From assembly GCA_046538485.1 (NCBI GenBank), contig JBKHIT010000001.1:32001-96000 (forward strand): a stretch of 64,000 bases of DNA, given 5' to 3'. Source of the stretch: Candidatus Brocadiia bacterium. GTDB taxonomy: Bacteria; Planctomycetota; Brocadiia; SM23-32. Under the pieces are notes generated by a model that worked only from the letters and a program-made list of their open reading frames with translations, was not told the DNA's origin and searched no databases. Position 1 is the stretch's first letter; each line of letters starts with the position of its first letter. The position numbers were made by a program, and so were the translations under genes. This document shows positions 47,115-57,195 of this stretch, one piece after another.

Positions 47115-47855
47115 GTGAATCTACCTGAAATCGGCGTGCAATCGTTCACCTACCGGCAGTTCGATATCCCGGGTATCATCAAGGAATTGAAAGATACCGA
47201 CATCACGGCATTGGAACTCTGGGGCAAACATCTGAATCCCGACATGGATCCGGATGAAATCGAAAAAGCCAAAAAACAGCTCAGCGATGCGGGTATGCGT
47301 GTATGCGGCATCGGGGTTTGCTCTTTCAGTTCGGAGGGCCCCGGAGAGATCCGGAAAACTCTCGAGTTTGGAGCCGATCTGGGCTGCGATTACGTCAGTA
47401 TCGACGTTCCAGCCGACGATAATGATGCCAAAGAAGAACTGGTGGAACGGGCCAAAGAATTCAGCCTGCTGCTTGGTATTCATAACCACGGGCCGGGTCA
47501 CCATTATGATACGGCCCAGAGCGTTCTGGAAAGCTGTGAAGGATATGATTCCGTTCTGGGTGCTTGCGTAGATTTTGGCCACTACCTCCGCGTTGACGAA
47601 ACACCTGAACAGGTTATCGAAACTCTCAAAGACCGGGTCAACGCGGTCCATCTAAAAGATTTTATCGACGCCGATACGGAAGTCGTGCCGGGGACAGGAA
47701 AACTGGACTACGGAGCAACGCTGGACGCGCTTGAGGAGAAAACCGGATTTGATACCGCGTTTGTGATTGAATTTGAAGCGGATCCGGACAATCCGACTGC
47801 AGGGATGCAACAGACCGTTGGTGTATTCAAACAGGCGCTGGAAAAACTTCAGTAA
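47115..47855 (+). CDS. Sugar phosphate isomerase/epimerase (xylose isomerase-like TIM barrel)
   Basis: IGVQSFTYR, LGIHNHG, ACVDFGH, VHLKD, VPGTG.LD and IEFE; GTG at 47115 after AAGGAG. Confidence 0.88.
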   Translation: MNLPEIGVQSFTYRQFDIPGIIKELKDTDITALELWGKHLNPDMDPDEIEKAKKQLSDAGMRVCGIGVCSFSSEGPGEIRKTLEFGADLGCDYVSIDVPADDNDAKEELVERAKEFSLLLGIHNHGPGHHYDTAQSVLESCEGYDSVLGACVDFGHYLRVDETPEQVIETLKDRVNAVHLKDFIDADTEVVPGTGKLDYGATLDALEEKTGFDTAFVIEFEADPDNPTAGMQQTVGVFKQALEKLQ

Positions 47856-48024
47856 CCTTGACGCACCTCTCCCGGCGTTCTATCATACCTGATGGCTCGG
47901 ATTCGGCGGACGACAAGGCCTTTTTTGGGTATTTTTGTGCAAAAACCGCCACAATGCGCGATCCGTTTGCGGGTTTTTTGTCTCCACTGCTTGCAACTCG
48001 TTGTGAATTCTTTTGCCGGGGGCC

Positions 48025-49719
48025 ATGGCCGTGAAGATATCACAGGTTCTCAAAGCCCCACGTCGCACACGTCGGGTCAGTCATATTGTGCGGGTATGCG
48101 CCGGTCAGGGTCTGGGCTTTTTCATAGCCAAACTCAACATACGGCAGTATCTGCCAAGCTGGGCCCGCATTCCAACCCCCGGTGAGAAATCCCGCCCCCC
48201 TGACCTGCCGAAGCGTTTCGCCCGCACTCTGGAAGAACTCGGGCCGACATTCGTGAAATTCGGTCAGACGCTCTCCACGCGCGCCGACGTGCTGCCTCCC
48301 GAATACATCAGGGAACTGCAACGAATCTGCCACCATGTCGCCCCATTCCCCGGGAAAACTTCTCATAAGATTATCGAGGATGAACTCGGCCGCCCCATTA
48401 AAGAGGTCTACGAGTCATTTTCTGAGGAACCGATTGCCAGCGGATCGATCGCCCAGGTTCACGGGGCAAAACTGCTCGACGGCGAAGAAGTTGTCGTCAA
48501 AGTGCGCCGGCCGGGAATCGAACAGATCATCGAAGACGACCTCGCCATTATGAAGTTTCTTGCGGAACAGGCCTACCGCCTGGAAGAATTCGAGGGTTTG
48601 CAGCTGCCGATGCTTGTGGATGAATTCGCCCAGGGGATCCGACGGGAACAGAACCTTCTAACTGAAGCCGCCAACACCCATAAATTCCACTCGGCCTTCG
48701 AGGAAGATGAAAAACTCGTTGTGCCCCGTGTGTACTGGGATTTTTGTTCGCCCGGCGTGCTGACAATCCAGAGGCTCGAAGGAACTTTCTTGAACGAACT
48801 CGAGGGCGAAGCAGCTTCCAGTGAGGGAAAAAGCGAATTGGCCCGGATAATTCTCGACCGTTTTCTGACGCAATTTTTCAGCCTCGGCGCATTCCACGCC
48901 GATCCGCACACGGGAAACATTCTGATCATGGACGGCGGTCAAATTGGGCTTATCGATTTCGGTTTGGTCGGCAAATTGGGCAGCACCCTTCGATCCCATC
49001 TCAGCAATTTTGTGATTGCGCTCGGGAATCAACAGCTCGAACTGGCCGCGGAAGTAATCGAGGAAATGGGATCCGTACCGACCGATATCAACGACGAAGA
49101 TTTCAGGAGCGAAGTCAGCGAACTATTGGAGCGGTATTATGCCATACCTTTCGAGCGCATCGACCTGCAGAGATCTTTCCAGGAAATCATGCAGGTGGTC
49201 CGCAAATACGGCATCGTAATGCCCCGCGATTTTGTGCTCCTGGGGAAATCACTGGTCAGTATCGGGGGGATCGTGATGCAGCTCGATCCTGAGATAAACG
49301 CCGCTGAACTGGCCACCCCCTATGCCCGCAAGCTCGCCCTGGGAAAACTCTCACCGAAATCGCTCAAGAAATCCCTCACCTCCAGCCTTTATCATCTTTC
49401 GATGCTCATGAAAAGCGCTCCTCGGGAAATCCGAAGGCTGTTGCGCAAACTCCGCGAAGGCGGCCTGGAATTCAGCATTGATCATCGAGGGCTGGACCGA
49501 TACCTGAAAGACCTTGATAAGACGGGCAATCGCCTCGCTCTCAGCATCATGCTCGCCGCCATTATCATATCGTCGACATCCATCATGACCACGGAACTTG
49601 GTCCCACCATCAACCTGCTGGGATGGGAAGCGAGCGCGCCGGGACTGATCGGCTATCTGTTCGGGTTCCTGCTCGGCGCCTGGCTGGTAATCGGCATCTT
49701 CCGTTCCGGCCGAATCTGA
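48025..49719 (+). CDS. UbiB/AarF/ABC1-family atypical kinase with C-terminal TM helices
   Basis: LEELGPTFVKFGQ.LSTR.D, PIASGSIAQVH.A.L..G..VVVKV.RPG, FHADPH.GN and IDFG.VG. Confidence 0.93.
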   Translation: MAVKISQVLKAPRRTRRVSHIVRVCAGQGLGFFIAKLNIRQYLPSWARIPTPGEKSRPPDLPKRFARTLEELGPTFVKFGQTLSTRADVLPPEYIRELQRICHHVAPFPGKTSHKIIEDELGRPIKEVYESFSEEPIASGSIAQVHGAKLLDGEEVVVKVRRPGIEQIIEDDLAIMKFLAEQAYRLEEFEGLQLPMLVDEFAQGIRREQNLLTEAANTHKFHSAFEEDEKLVVPRVYWDFCSPGVLTIQRLEGTFLNELEGEAASSEGKSELARIILDRFLTQFFSLGAFHADPHTGNILIMDGGQIGLIDFGLVGKLGSTLRSHLSNFVIALGNQQLELAAEVIEEMGSVPTDINDEDFRSEVSELLERYYAIPFERIDLQRSFQEIMQVVRKYGIVMPRDFVLLGKSLVSIGGIVMQLDPEINAAELATPYARKLALGKLSPKSLKKSLTSSLYHLSMLMKSAPREIRRLLRKLREGGLEFSIDHRGLDRYLKDLDKTGNRLALSIMLAAIIISSTSIMTTELGPTINLLGWEASAPGLIGYLFGFLLGAWLVIGIFRSGRI

Positions 49720-49795
49720 AGACCGGCTCGCCGATTCCACCGTGAAAGACAACAACCGTGCTGATTCGGATACAGAATAAAAGGAGGACAAAACG

Positions 49796-50992
49796 ATGGA
49801 ACAGACTCTCCAATACATATTGATCGACTCGGCCCGGAATATTCGTCGGGAAGGCTGGCAAATTGATAGCAGTGTGGTCGCCGATTACGACGGGCCGCCG
49901 TGGTGCGTGACGAAATATATGCTGCATGGTGGCAAGCAGGAAGGCGTTGACGCGTTGGAAATTGACAACGGAGAGATGACAGTCACTATCATTTCCACCC
50001 GGGGTATGAACGTCCTGCAGGCTTGCACTGCCGAGACAACACTCGGATGGCAGAGCCCGGTCCGCGAAGTGGTGCATCCAGCTTACATTCAGGAGGAATC
50101 GCGCGGAGGACTCGGATGGCTCGAAGGTTTTAACGAATTGGTCGCCCGCTGTGGCCTCGAAAGCACGGGCGCCCCCGGCGAGGACACCATCCGTGATAAC
50201 CAGGGGAATGAGGCCACGGTGACATTGCCTCTCCACGGTCGTATTTCCAACACCCCCGCCAGCCGGGTATGGATCTCCGTCGACATGGGAGAACCTTACA
50301 AAATCACAGTCAGCGGAGAACTCTACGATACGCGAATGTTCGGACCCAACTATAAACTCCAGGCCAACCTTTCGATGATTCCGGGAGAAGCCGCTTTTAC
50401 AATCAATGACAACGTCACAAACATCGGGGGCGAAGCTGCGGAATTGGAACTACTGTATCATTGCAATTTTGGCGGTCCCCTGCTCGGCGAAGGATCTCGC
50501 CTCGTCGCTCCGGTCCAGAAGATGTCCCCGCGGGACGAAGTCGCTCTGGAAGGACTGGAAAATTGGAGCACCTACGGCCCACCTCAACCGGGTTTCGTGG
50601 AACAATGTTATTATTTCATTCTTGGGACCGATAAGAACGGCGAAGCGCCCGTCGCGCTTGTAAGCCCCCAAGGCAAATTAGCCGCCACATTACGGTTCGA
50701 TACAACAGCGCTTCCAGCTTTCACGATCTGGAAAAACACGGCCGCTACGGCGGATGGCTACGTCACCGGCCTGGAACCGGGAACCGACTACCCGAATCAT
50801 CGTGGTTTCGAACGCGAAAAAGGAAGAGTCGTGCAACTCGATTCGGGAGATTCTTACGCCACGAAAATGACAATCGGTCTGACCACTGGCGGCGGTCAGG
50901 TCGCTTCGCTCTGCGAAGAAATCGAACAGATTACAGCGGGTCAAGACGTCGAAATTTGCACCGCGATCGACCCCGACCTATCGCCAGCCTGA
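49796..50992 (+). CDS. Aldose 1-epimerase-like protein (DUF4432)
   Basis: L.GG.QEGV, RGM.V, GLGWLEGFNE...RCGL, LPLHGRISN.PA, LYHCNFG.PLL and YVTGLEPGT.YP. Confidence 0.85.
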   Translation: MEQTLQYILIDSARNIRREGWQIDSSVVADYDGPPWCVTKYMLHGGKQEGVDALEIDNGEMTVTIISTRGMNVLQACTAETTLGWQSPVREVVHPAYIQEESRGGLGWLEGFNELVARCGLESTGAPGEDTIRDNQGNEATVTLPLHGRISNTPASRVWISVDMGEPYKITVSGELYDTRMFGPNYKLQANLSMIPGEAAFTINDNVTNIGGEAAELELLYHCNFGGPLLGEGSRLVAPVQKMSPRDEVALEGLENWSTYGPPQPGFVEQCYYFILGTDKNGEAPVALVSPQGKLAATLRFDTTALPAFTIWKNTAATADGYVTGLEPGTDYPNHRGFEREKGRVVQLDSGDSYATKMTIGLTTGGGQVASLCEEIEQITAGQDVEICTAIDPDLSPA

Positions 50993-51022
50993 GATACACA
51001 ACTGCTCATAAAGGAATAAGGA

Positions 51023-53338
51023 ATGCCCAGGTTTCTTGAAAAACTAAAGCGTTGGGCCGACGATGTGCATTGGGAAGACGCGGCAAAACCAAAGTCGTGG
51101 GTGAATTTTGCCCGTCGACAGGTCCGATTATATCTCTATATCGCGCGGGAAACTGTGCGCGACCGCTGCCTGCAGCAGGCAGCCGCCCTGACGTTCACCA
51201 CCCTCCTGTCGCTCGTCCCCCTCTTTGCCGTAGCATTTTCGATTTTTCGCGGATTCGCCGCCTTTGAAGGTCTCGAAAAAAAAGCGGAGCGGGCCATCTT
51301 CCGTACGGTGCTTGCAGCCCCTCTCCTCGAAGGGATCGAAGGCGAAGGACAAAGGGGAGAAGAAGGGGATGATCTGCAATTCGATTCTGTCAGTAATCTG
51401 CCGGCGGAAAAGCTGCTTGAAAAGGCCAGCAAAAAGCCGCGTCAGAGCGAAGCAGTCGACGCCATCACCCTTTACACAGCAGCACTCTCAAAAGGCACTG
51501 AGGCTAACACTGTGCGGGATGGTCTTGCTTCGGTCTATTTCCCATCGCCGGAGAAAACCCTGAGTCTATTTCAAAAAGTGGACGCACAGGCCCGAAAAGC
51601 GTACGCTCGTGCGGCTCAAGCCCCGGCGGCAAAACTGGATGTAAAAGCATCGAAAGGATATAAACTTTTCGGCCAGGCGTTGAATTTGAGAGATCGACTC
51701 AACTACCAGGACGCCCTTGAAAAGCTCAGAGAAGCCGAGGAGATGGACTATCCGCTCTGGAAAACCCGGGCCGAAGCCGCTCTCATCCAGCTGGCTCTTG
51801 GAGACAAATACAAACGCAAAGTTGACTACGAAAAGGCGTGTAACCATTATCAGGAAGCAACTCGCCTTTCCACGGACGCGCTCTTTCTGTCCGCACATAA
51901 AATCCCCACCGACGAAGCCCGTAACATCATCGACAATCATAATCAGTCGCTTGAACGCGTTGGGCAGATATACCTCACACGCGGCAGGGAACAATTTGCA
52001 ATGTACCAGGAAGTGCAGAACGAGGTCACCGAAGCGGGCTCCGAAAAGCTCGAAGTGGCTCTGAAATCCCTGGAGGAAGCGGCCTGGTACCTGGAAAACT
52101 CTCAGGAAACCCATACAGTTCTGGCTGAAGTACAGTGGAATGCCGGTTTGAAAGAAGAAGCTTATCGCAACGCCCAAAAAGCCACTCAAAAAAGCAAACG
52201 GGTGTTCGCACGAGGATTCAGCACGGCCGTGGCCGATTATATTCGGAGTCTCTCCAACCGAGTCGGCACCGCTGGGCTCGGTATTATCGGAATTTTTTTC
52301 CTGATAGTAACGGCCATTTCGCTTTTCAACACCATCGAGCAAACCCTCAACTCCATCTGGCAGGTGAGGGAGAAACGGCCGTTCTGGATAAAGTTTACGG
52401 CCTTCTGCACATTGCTATGGCTCGGGCCGGCACTGATTGCCGCATCTATCCTCCTCCGTGAACAAATGGCTCAACAGCTCTCCGCGACTTTTATCGGGAT
52501 CCCCGTTCTGAGCACACTTTTCACGATTGGGGCGGCGATTGCGCGGTACGTTTTGCCTTTCATCACGGTTTGGTTGCTTTTGTTAGCCGTTTACAAATTT
52601 TTGCCGCACACGCGCGTTAAATTCGGTGCTGCGGGCTGGGGAGCTTTTGTTGGAACCATTCTCATCCAGCTCGCACGACCCGGCTTCGGCCTTTACGTCA
52701 GCAAAGCCTTCAAATACCAGAAAATTTACGGTTCTTTGGGAGCAATACCCATATTCCTGCTGTGGGTGTGGCTGCTATGGGTTCTGGTGCTTTTCGGAGC
52801 GGAAGTGGCCTTCACCGTGCAGAATGTTAGACTCCTGCGCTTCCGGGACAAACTGCGCCGTCTTTCGGGGCTCTTTATCGACCGCTATCTCGCTGCCCGT
52901 ATGATGATGTACGTCGCTCGGGAATTCTGGAAAAGCGGTGAGCCAACATCAATTGAAAAACTCTCCAAAACGATGAGAATTCCCCCGGAAGAAGCCTCAG
53001 ATGCCGCAGACAGGCTTGTCAAGCTGGATTTGTTGACACCTGTCGGCGAAGAACGTGATCAGTACCATCCCGCCAAAGATCTCTCTCGGTTGACGTTGAT
53101 GGAAGTTTTGAGTATCACTGACCGTTTCAGGGATGAATCTCGCTCCCGGCGTTCTGCCGATTCCGCGTATGAAAACAAGCTGGAAAAGAGTTTTCAGAAA
53201 GCCATTTCAGCCCAGCGAGAGGCCCTCGAAGGAAAAACATTCAGGGATCTCATGGAAGAATGCGAGCAGGAAGAACAGAAGTCAGAATCAGATGATGCGC
53301 CAAATGAAAAATCGGAAACTGAACTCGATAACTCGTAA
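51023..53338 (+). CDS. YihY/BrkB-family membrane protein with a large TPR-like insertion and C-terminal winged-helix-like domain
   Basis: AAALTFTTLLSLVP.FAV, LF.TIE.TLN.IW.V...R, Y.FLP.T.V, Y.KIYGSLGAIP.FLLW....W..VLFGAE; about 330-aa helical insert after TM1. Confidence 0.88.
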   Translation: MPRFLEKLKRWADDVHWEDAAKPKSWVNFARRQVRLYLYIARETVRDRCLQQAAALTFTTLLSLVPLFAVAFSIFRGFAAFEGLEKKAERAIFRTVLAAPLLEGIEGEGQRGEEGDDLQFDSVSNLPAEKLLEKASKKPRQSEAVDAITLYTAALSKGTEANTVRDGLASVYFPSPEKTLSLFQKVDAQARKAYARAAQAPAAKLDVKASKGYKLFGQALNLRDRLNYQDALEKLREAEEMDYPLWKTRAEAALIQLALGDKYKRKVDYEKACNHYQEATRLSTDALFLSAHKIPTDEARNIIDNHNQSLERVGQIYLTRGREQFAMYQEVQNEVTEAGSEKLEVALKSLEEAAWYLENSQETHTVLAEVQWNAGLKEEAYRNAQKATQKSKRVFARGFSTAVADYIRSLSNRVGTAGLGIIGIFFLIVTAISLFNTIEQTLNSIWQVREKRPFWIKFTAFCTLLWLGPALIAASILLREQMAQQLSATFIGIPVLSTLFTIGAAIARYVLPFITVWLLLLAVYKFLPHTRVKFGAAGWGAFVGTILIQLARPGFGLYVSKAFKYQKIYGSLGAIPIFLLWVWLLWVLVLFGAEVAFTVQNVRLLRFRDKLRRLSGLFIDRYLAARMMMYVAREFWKSGEPTSIEKLSKTMRIPPEEASDAADRLVKLDLLTPVGEERDQYHPAKDLSRLTLMEVLSITDRFRDESRSRRSADSAYENKLEKSFQKAISAQREALEGKTFRDLMEECEQEEQKSESDDAPNEKSETELDNS

Positions 53339-53368
53339 AATCGCTCTGTGCACTAAAATCTCAGGAGT

Positions 53369-54511
53369 ATGCTGATGAAGAAAAACTACATGTTCACGCC
53401 AGGGCCTACAATGGTACCGCACGAAGTTCTGCTGGCGGAAGCCGCACCGATGATCCACCATCGCACTCCCGATTTTTCAAAGATTATGCGGGAAGTCACC
53501 GACGGAATGAAGAAGCTTTTCGGAACCGAGCAGGAAGTGTATTCGATCGCGGGAAGCGGCACCGCCGCCATGGATGCCGCCATCGCCAATACCTGCTCTC
53601 CCGGCGATACAGCAATCTGCGTGCGCGGCGGAAAATTCGGTGCCCGATGGGCCGAAATATGCAAAGCTTACGGATGCGAAGTAATCAATATCGATATCAA
53701 ATGGGGCCAGTCACCTTCCATTGAGCAGATCCGCTCCGCTCTCGGGGAACACCCAGACGCCCGTGTGCTTTGCGTAACACACAGCGAAACCTCCACGGCG
53801 GCTCTCACCGATGTCCAGGCCATCGGAACCATGACCTGCGAACAAAGTACCCTCCTCGTCGTTGATGCCATCACCAGCGTCGGAGTGCATCCAGTGTGCA
53901 TGGACAAATGGGGATTGGACGTGGTGGTCTCTGGTTCCCAAAAAGGTTGTATGATTCCACCGGGCCTCGGTTTCATTGCTGCCAGTCCGGACGCATGGGA
54001 TATCATCGATGATTGCGCCTCTCCCCGCTACTACCTCGACATGAGAGCGATGCGGGATAAGTGGGCAGATTCAACTCAAACCCCGTTCACCGGCACTGTC
54101 TCACTCACCCGCGCCCTCCAGAAAGCGCTCAAAATGATGCGCGAAGAAGGGCTCGAAAACCTCTACGCCCGCCACGCCCGACTCGCCGAAGCAACTCGCA
54201 GCGCGATGATGGCCATCGGACTCGACCTGGTCGCTGACAACCCTGTCAACGGCGTCACCGCCGTCTGGGCGCCCGAGAGTATTGACACCGGCGAAATGAC
54301 AAAACTCATGCGAGATCAGTACGGCGTCACAATCGCCGGTGGGCAAGCTGAGCTCAAAGGCCGCATATTCCGCATCGGTCATATGGGCTACGTCAGCGAA
54401 GACGACCTGCTGATCTGCATCTCCGCCGTCGAACGAGCCCTGAGAGATCTCGGATACCAATTTGACCTCGGAACGGGTGTCTCCACCGCACAGGAAAAGC
54501 TCTTTGGCTGA
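53369..54511 (+). CDS. Class V PLP aminotransferase (serine/alanine-glyoxylate or phosphoserine aminotransferase-like)
   Basis: TPGPT.VP, HHRT..F, GSGT.AM, HSETST, VDAITS, SGSQKG.M.PPGL, TPFT and AGGQ..LKG.IFRIGHMG. Confidence 0.93.
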   Translation: MLMKKNYMFTPGPTMVPHEVLLAEAAPMIHHRTPDFSKIMREVTDGMKKLFGTEQEVYSIAGSGTAAMDAAIANTCSPGDTAICVRGGKFGARWAEICKAYGCEVINIDIKWGQSPSIEQIRSALGEHPDARVLCVTHSETSTAALTDVQAIGTMTCEQSTLLVVDAITSVGVHPVCMDKWGLDVVVSGSQKGCMIPPGLGFIAASPDAWDIIDDCASPRYYLDMRAMRDKWADSTQTPFTGTVSLTRALQKALKMMREEGLENLYARHARLAEATRSAMMAIGLDLVADNPVNGVTAVWAPESIDTGEMTKLMRDQYGVTIAGGQAELKGRIFRIGHMGYVSEDDLLICISAVERALRDLGYQFDLGTGVSTAQEKLFG

Positions 54512-54534
54512 GACTCCATCACTTAAATGCTGCT

Positions 54535-55410
54535 ATGGATTTCCAGACCCACTTCACCTACCGGGATGCTATCCCCCACCAAGAAGGCGTAACACGACGC
54601 GATCCGAGCCCCGTTATTCTTGTTGGTAACACATACCACGTCTGGTACACGCAGGCAACGGTCGATCACTCGGGATACTACGGAAGCATCTATCACGCGA
54701 CATCACCGGACGGTCTGGAGTGGCATGAGCAGAAAGAAGCCGTGCCGAAAGGCGGACCGAACGCCTGGGATGAAAACGGTGTCTTCACACCAACTATTCT
54801 CATTGCCGATAGCCTGTATTTCATTTTTTACACCGCTGTGCCGAAACCGTTCCATCAGGACCCCGTCGACCCGACCCCCACCGCCATCGGAATCGCAATG
54901 GCAGATTCTCCCGGGGGACCCTGGAGTAAATTCGAAGGCAACCCCGTTCTGGAACCGGGACCCGAAGGCACATTCGACTGCTTACGTGTTGACGATAGCT
55001 GCATGATCAAAAGAGACGGTAAATACTGGATGTACTACAAAGGCCGGGGGCGCAAAGACACGCCGATGGGACTGGCCATTGCCGATGACCCAACCGGCCC
55101 GTACTTCAAACACTCATATAGCCCTCTGGTTGAAAGCGGACACGAAGTCTGCGTCTGGCCGCACGGCGACGGGGTAGCGGCATTGGTCGGCCATACCGGT
55201 CCGAATCCACACAACATCCGCTACGCACCCGACGGCCTGCATTTTTCCGTGGAATTCCAGACAAAAGTTCCCGCCGCCCCCGGGCCCTACCGGAAAGATC
55301 ATTTCCGCGACGGGCCGGGACCCGGTATCACCTGGGGACTTTGCATCGGCCGCCACCCGGAGCACCCTTTTCTGCAACGTTTCGACTGCGATTTGAGGGC
55401 CAACCCGTGA
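54535..55410 (+). CDS. Five-bladed beta-propeller glycoside hydrolase, GH117/GH43-like
   Basis: GVTRRDPS.VI, YHVWYT, ATS.DG..W.E, WD..GVFTP.IL, FD..RVDD, YYKG and SGHEVCVWP. Confidence 0.8.
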   Translation: MDFQTHFTYRDAIPHQEGVTRRDPSPVILVGNTYHVWYTQATVDHSGYYGSIYHATSPDGLEWHEQKEAVPKGGPNAWDENGVFTPTILIADSLYFIFYTAVPKPFHQDPVDPTPTAIGIAMADSPGGPWSKFEGNPVLEPGPEGTFDCLRVDDSCMIKRDGKYWMYYKGRGRKDTPMGLAIADDPTGPYFKHSYSPLVESGHEVCVWPHGDGVAALVGHTGPNPHNIRYAPDGLHFSVEFQTKVPAAPGPYRKDHFRDGPGPGITWGLCIGRHPEHPFLQRFDCDLRANP

Positions 55411-55599
55411 ACGGCAACTATCGCGGTATGGCCGTCGTTTGCCGTTTTATGTGGGTCTATCTTCGCCGTTAAATCCATCACCTCTTGAGCTTTCTCGCCA
55501 AGTTCCGGTCGAAAGCTGGGAAGCTGAGACGGGAGGAAGTTTTGTTCTGTTATGAAGAAAGCAATTGGGCATGTAGAGTATTCGCAACATCCAGCCCGG

Positions 55600-55693
55600 G
55601 TCTGGCGACCCGCCGCGCGGAGAGCGGCAATCTCGGTGTTGGGCAAAAAACGACGAGATTGCTTCGCCCATCTTACGATGCACTCGCAATGAC
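55600..55693. repeat. Degenerate palindromic extragenic repeat of the GTCATTGCGAG...GCAATCTC...GAGATTGC...CTCGCAATGAC type
   Basis: Inner IR GCAATCTCG/CGAGATTGC; outer end CTCGCAATGAC faces a degenerate GTCTGGCGA. Confidence 0.6.
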
Positions 55694-55870
55694 CACTGTG
55701 GCTGAGATTTCTGACTAAGCAGGTAGCCGGAGGCTACAGTTCAGAATGCGGACAAGTCCCCCTTCGCCTGCCAATGACGGGCTCAGCTGAACTCGAGTCT
55801 TCCTGGCCGCGAACATAGCTCCCCAATTTCAATACCACGACGCCAGCGGCGACTGCTTCCAATCCCATAC

Positions 55871-56944
55871 CTAAAAAATACGCCGCCCGTCTTTCCGAGC
55901 CTGGAGTGTCTGCACGAAGGCTTCCAGACGGGTTTTCAGCTGGCCGCTCAGAGGACCGGGACGATCGCACTCGATCGTAAGAACCGGAAGATCCAGTTCC
56001 TCTCGCAAAATGCGATCTTCAGTGCGTCGGAAACAAAAACTCTGCACGTAATGGATAAGCCCGTCCAATCCCCTGCGCCTGCATTCACGCTTGATATCTT
56101 CCAGACGTACAAAAATCCCGTAGGGATAGCGAAAACGGGTGTATTGTTCCGCCAGGGACGTCCCGCCCTCCGGCATTGCGAACTGCCGTTGTGTCTCATT
56201 GTAGACGACGCGCGCGCCGAGATCTTCCAGGTACTCATAGCATTGCGGCACAATCGGCGGAACCCCGGCCATGCCCAGGCGAATGGGATGCGACATCTCT
56301 TCCCGATCATCCACACAATTGAGAAAAGCGTCGGCCTCTTTATTAAAACGATCCGCGTCGGCGCAAAAATCACTGGTCGAAACGAGCCAGAGATGGTCTT
56401 CAAATCCCGACACCCGGTTCCCCTTGCAGCATTGTTCGTCAATATCCAGCGTTTTCGCGCGAATTGGTTGCAGACGTATTCTCCACTCTTCAGCCTCATC
56501 AAGGTTCGCACCAAAACGGTCCGCAAAATCCGCAATATGCGTCTGCATGCGGTTTTCATCGGGACGATGGGGGTACTCGAATGGGAGGCACTCGACACCC
56601 TCGTATTCGAGCATCTCCATGAGAGCGTGGGTATTGCTGCAATCTCCCTGCGTTACGCCCACGACCCTCTGGATACCGCATCGGTGAACGGCTCCGTACA
56701 GTCCTTTTGTCCACGCACAGGACGTTCGCGGAAAACCCGAGCTTTCGGCCTCAACCAGCAACGATTCCGGTTCCTGAGCCATCACAAAAACGTTGTTTAA
56801 ATCGACCGGTATCAACCCCGACGCCAGAATGACTTCCATGGGCACAGTTGTGGTTATTCCCACAGTTTTTTCCGGCGGGATATTACCCGGCAATGGCGGT
56901 GGCAGCATTGGGGCGCAGTGATTGGACGGTTCGCGTGTCTCCAA
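55871..56944 (-). CDS. 2-hydroxyacyl-CoA dehydratase family protein (HgdB/FldC D-component-like); start uncertain
   Basis: GITTTVP.EVI.A.G..PVDLNN.F, GFPR..C.W.KG.YG, GDCSNT, G.IHY.QSFCFR and L.IE.D.PG......TRLEAF. Confidence 0.85.
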   Translation of the reverse strand: METREPSNHCAPMLPPPLPGNIPPEKTVGITTTVPMEVILASGLIPVDLNNVFVMAQEPESLLVEAESSGFPRTSCAWTKGLYGAVHRCGIQRVVGVTQGDCSNTHALMEMLEYEGVECLPFEYPHRPDENRMQTHIADFADRFGANLDEAEEWRIRLQPIRAKTLDIDEQCCKGNRVSGFEDHLWLVSTSDFCADADRFNKEADAFLNCVDDREEMSHPIRLGMAGVPPIVPQCYEYLEDLGARVVYNETQRQFAMPEGGTSLAEQYTRFRYPYGIFVRLEDIKRECRRRGLDGLIHYVQSFCFRRTEDRILREELDLPVLTIECDRPGPLSGQLKTRLEAFVQTLQARKDGRRIF

Positions 56945-57195
56945 AAGCTACTCCTCACTGTTCGGAAATGTATTTTTTCGCGCTTCCGGGGCTCCCATAA
57001 TCACCCCCTGAAGCCGACGTTCCAGGAAAATCTCCGACCCATTCGAAAGATTTTCCTCGAGTTTTTTTTCTTGAACCCGGGAAGGACAGATAAAATTGGG
57101 GAGGCGGGAAACCAGAGTTACGAATACCATGATGTCATGAAACGATGTCACGCGCAACTCAAGATTCACTTTTGAATTACGCGAATAGTCGGCGG

